From Anaerolineales bacterium (GTDB taxonomy: Bacteria; Chloroflexota; Anaerolineae; Anaerolineales; DRMV01), in assembly GCA_027053355.1 (NCBI GenBank), contig JALUDX010000055.1:1-52496 (forward strand): a DNA stretch of 52,496 bases. The letters run 5' to 3'. Positions 50,051 through 52,496 of this stretch are shown in pieces. The position numbers were made by a program, and so were the translations under genes. Each line of letters begins with the position of its first letter. Position 1 is the first letter of the stretch. The notes beneath the pieces were generated by a model, which saw nothing but the letters and a program-made list of their open reading frames with translations, was not told the DNA's origin and did not search any database.

Positions 50051-51007
50051 ATGCCCACCGCTTATTTGGTTTACAACCCCACGGCCGGACGTTTAGGCAT
50101 CCGCCGCGCCAACCTCGAAAAGGCCGCTGCGCTGTTGCAGCAACAAGGCTGGGAAACGCAACTGCGGGCCACCCAATCGGCCGCGCACATCACCGCACTG
50201 GCCCAAGAGGCTGCCCGCCGCGGGGTAGACGCCTTTTTCATCGCCGGCGGCGACGGCTCCATCAACCTGGCCGTGGCCGGGCTGGTCGGCAGCACCACCG
50301 CGTTGGGCGTGTTGCCCGCGGGCACGGCCAACGTCCTGGCTCGCGACTTAGGGCTGCCCACCCCCTCGTTAGCCCGCCGGGCGGTCATCGAGGAAAGTAT
50401 CCGCCTGCTGGCGCGCGCGCCGGTTTACCGGGCCGACGTCGGCACCTGCAACGACCGCCCCTTCCTCATGTGGGCCGGGGTGGGGCTGGACGCGATGGTG
50501 GTCAACGAGGTGGAACCGCGCGCCCGCTGGGAAAAGCCGTTCACCTTCCCCAAATACGTGCTGGTGGCGCTGAAAAACACCGCGTCGTGGTCGGGGCTGC
50601 ACCTCGAAGTCGAAGCCGATGGCCGACGCATCGAAGGCAACTTCGTGCTGGCCGTGGCCACCAACATCCGCCGCTACGCGGGGGGCGTCACCGAAATTTC
50701 GCCCAACGCGTATTTGGACGACGGCGTGTTAGACCTCTGGCTATTCTACGCGGACAACGTGGCCGAAATCGCCCAGCGGGTGGTGGAAGTGCTCACCCGC
50801 AAGCACTTGGCCTCGGAAAGCATCAAGCGCCTTCCCTTCCGGCAGGCCGAAATCCGCAGCGAACGGCCGATGTTGATGCACACCGACGGCGAACCCAACG
50901 GCGGCGCGTCGCACATCCGCCTCGGCCTTCGCCCTCTGGCGCTGCACCTCCTGGTGCCCCCAAAAGGGCAGGCCCTTTTCCGCCATCCGCCGCTGCGGCA
51001 GTTTTAG
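50051..51007 (+). CDS. diacylglycerol-kinase-family lipid kinase (YegS/BmrU type)
   Basis: Motifs YNPTAG, IAGGDGSINLAV and GVLPAGTANVLARDLG. Confidence 0.9.
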   Translation: MPTAYLVYNPTAGRLGIRRANLEKAAALLQQQGWETQLRATQSAAHITALAQEAARRGVDAFFIAGGDGSINLAVAGLVGSTTALGVLPAGTANVLARDLGLPTPSLARRAVIEESIRLLARAPVYRADVGTCNDRPFLMWAGVGLDAMVVNEVEPRARWEKPFTFPKYVLVALKNTASWSGLHLEVEADGRRIEGNFVLAVATNIRRYAGGVTEISPNAYLDDGVLDLWLFYADNVAEIAQRVVEVLTRKHLASESIKRLPFRQAEIRSERPMLMHTDGEPNGGASHIRLGLRPLALHLLVPPKGQALFRHPPLRQF

Positions 51008-51077
51008 TTGGGGGAAGGCCGCGCCCGCTGTGGGCAGCGCGCCTCGCACCCCGGACGAATTCCTCACGAGGCATCCC

Positions 51078-52139
51078 ATGGTGCTCCGCATTCTTCGTCA
51101 AGAACCGCTCTACGCCCTGCTGCTTTTCGCCGTGCTCGCGCCCCTGGCCTACGCGCTGCACTGGGGTGAAAGTTGGGTGTTCCTCTTGTCCGCTTTTGGG
51201 GTCGTCCCCCTGGCGCAGATCATCGGGGAAACCACCGAAGATCTGGCCGTGCATGTGGGCCCCCGCTGGGGCGGGCTGATCAACGCCACCTTGGGCAACG
51301 CGGCGGAACTGATCATCACCCTTTTTGCCATTCAGCGCGGCCTGCTCCAACTGGTCAAAGCCTCGATTACCGGCTCGATTTTGGGCAACTTGCTCTTGGT
51401 GCTGGGCGGAGCGATGTTGGTGGGCGGCCTCAAACACGGCACCCAGCGGTTCGACCGCCGCCATGTGAGCAACAGCGCCATCCTCACCGTGCTGGCGGTT
51501 CTGGCCATGGCTATCCCTTCCATGGTCAGCAGCACCATCGGCGACCTGGAAGGCCGGCGGGTGGAAGGTTTCAGCATGGGGGTGGCCGCGGTGATGTTGG
51601 TGCTCTATGGCCTGCACCTGCTGTACAACAACCAACACAGTCCCCCTCACGAACCCTCGCCCGAAGAAGTGGCGCACGCGCGCCCCATCCGCCAGGCGCT
51701 GCTCATTTTGGCCGCGGCCACGGTGGGCGTGGCCGGTCTCTCGGAACTGCTGGTAGGCTCGGTGGAACACGTGGTGCACCAGTTTGGCGTTTCGGAATTC
51801 TTTTTGGGCGTGATTTTGATCCCCATCATCGGCAACGTGGCCGAGCACCTGGTGGCCGTTCAGCAAGCCGTGCGCAACGCGATGGATCTCAGCGTCGAGA
51901 TTGCGGTAGCCTCCAGCCTGCAGATTGCCCTTTTCGTCGCCCCCGCGCTGGTCTTCATCAGTTGGGCAATGGGGCACCCGCTGACGCTGGTCTTCCATCC
52001 CTTCGAAATCATCGCCCTTTCGTCCGCGGTGTTGGTCATGGCGCTGGCTTCTATGGACGGGGAATCACACTGGCTGGAAGGCGCGGAACTGCTGGCGGTG
52101 TACGCCATTTTGGCGTTGGCGTTCTTTTTGCTCCCTTGA
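51078..52139 (+). CDS. cax: Ca2+/H+ exchanger (CaCA family)
   Basis: The alpha-repeats are GNAAELIITLFA and GNVAEHLVAV, with 11 or so TM segments. ATG 51078 is preferred over the upstream in-frame start. Confidence 0.9.
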   Translation: MVLRILRQEPLYALLLFAVLAPLAYALHWGESWVFLLSAFGVVPLAQIIGETTEDLAVHVGPRWGGLINATLGNAAELIITLFAIQRGLLQLVKASITGSILGNLLLVLGGAMLVGGLKHGTQRFDRRHVSNSAILTVLAVLAMAIPSMVSSTIGDLEGRRVEGFSMGVAAVMLVLYGLHLLYNNQHSPPHEPSPEEVAHARPIRQALLILAAATVGVAGLSELLVGSVEHVVHQFGVSEFFLGVILIPIIGNVAEHLVAVQQAVRNAMDLSVEIAVASSLQIALFVAPALVFISWAMGHPLTLVFHPFEIIALSSAVLVMALASMDGESHWLEGAELLAVYAILALAFFLLP

Positions 52140-52145
52140 GGGCGT

Positions 52146-52496
52146 ATGAAACCCTGGCGAGACCCTTTCGTGTGGATTGGTGTGCTGCTCATTGCTGCGG
52201 CCTGGCTGGGCGGGCTGTGGGGGGGGATGGCGCTCACCCGCGCGCCGGCGCGGCTGGGGTTGTTGCCGGCGCGGGTGACGGTGCTCCCCGCGGCCAGCCC
52301 CACGCCGACGCCCTCACCCACGCCGAGCACGCCCACGCCCACCCCGACCCCGCGGGCGGCGGGGGCGCCAGCGGGCCTGACCGTGGAGGCCGTGGTGCAA
52401 ATTCGGGGCACCGGCGGCGATGGGCTGCGCGTCCGCCAGTCGCCCTCCCTGGCTGCGCCCGTCCTCTTCCTCGCTGCTGAGGGCGAGGTGTTTCGG
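52146..52496 (+). CDS. membrane-anchored protein with Pro/Thr linker and SH3b-like domain (3' partial, runs off window)
   Basis: My translation is MKPWRDPFVWIGVLLIAAAWLGG ... SPTPTPSPTPSTPTPTPTP ... VQIRGTGGDGLRVRQSPS. The frame stays open to the window end, and this ORF is not in the ORF track. Confidence 0.55.
   Translation, partial: MKPWRDPFVWIGVLLIAAAWLGGLWGGMALTRAPARLGLLPARVTVLPAASPTPTPSPTPSTPTPTPTPRAAGAPAGLTVEAVVQIRGTGGDGLRVRQSPSLAAPVLFLAAEGEVFR

Overview
This is a high-G+C bacterial chromosomal segment. By eye the gene content looks Chloroflexota-like, but that is only a guess. I see no rRNA, tRNA, CRISPR array, transposase or integrase. About 44 protein genes are supported, mostly housekeeping: clpC; frr-uppS-cdsA; glpX; a DnaQ-exonuclease/DinG helicase; a RumA-type methyltransferase; guaA; gap; a Fur-family regulator; lutA plus a fused lutB-lutC; acyl-CoA dehydrogenase; an ABC-2 exporter; a glycan cluster (gmd, gmm-like Nudix, wzm, wzt, KpsS/C-like, PseB-like, RmlD-like); an M23 peptidase; a YegS-like lipid kinase; and a Ca2+/H+ exchanger. 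Seven things stand out. (1) An A/T-richer two-gene cassette at 3.1-4.9 kb sits between clpC and frr. It pairs an OLD/Septu/PARIS-type ABC ATPase with a tightly coupled small protein carrying a PD-(D/E)xK-like motif. This is the best candidate for an undescribed defence-type system. (2) Most intergenic regions hold a mosaic MITE family with 14-bp terminal inverted repeats (GTAACNGTTCAGCC). Five copies have clear 8-bp target-site duplications. Some copies donate a stop codon or lengthen a 5' UTR. (3) A second 240-nt MITE (ends GTAATTACCTACCC) flanks dinG in inverted orientation, and an empty-site paralogue lies elsewhere in the window. (4) A 1240-aa EndoQ-like PHP nuclease is fused to a UvrD helicase, and its CDS carries in-frame hairpin-repeat insertions, including a 2 x 132-nt tandem. 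(5) Two near-consensus parS sites form a 19-bp inverted repeat. (6) Periodic, G-poor leaders without a Shine-Dalgarno sequence abut several start codons. (7) A promoter, 12-codon sORF and intrinsic terminator precede the ABC-2 exporter. All calls come from reading the sequence and ORF translations by eye. No searches or computations were run.
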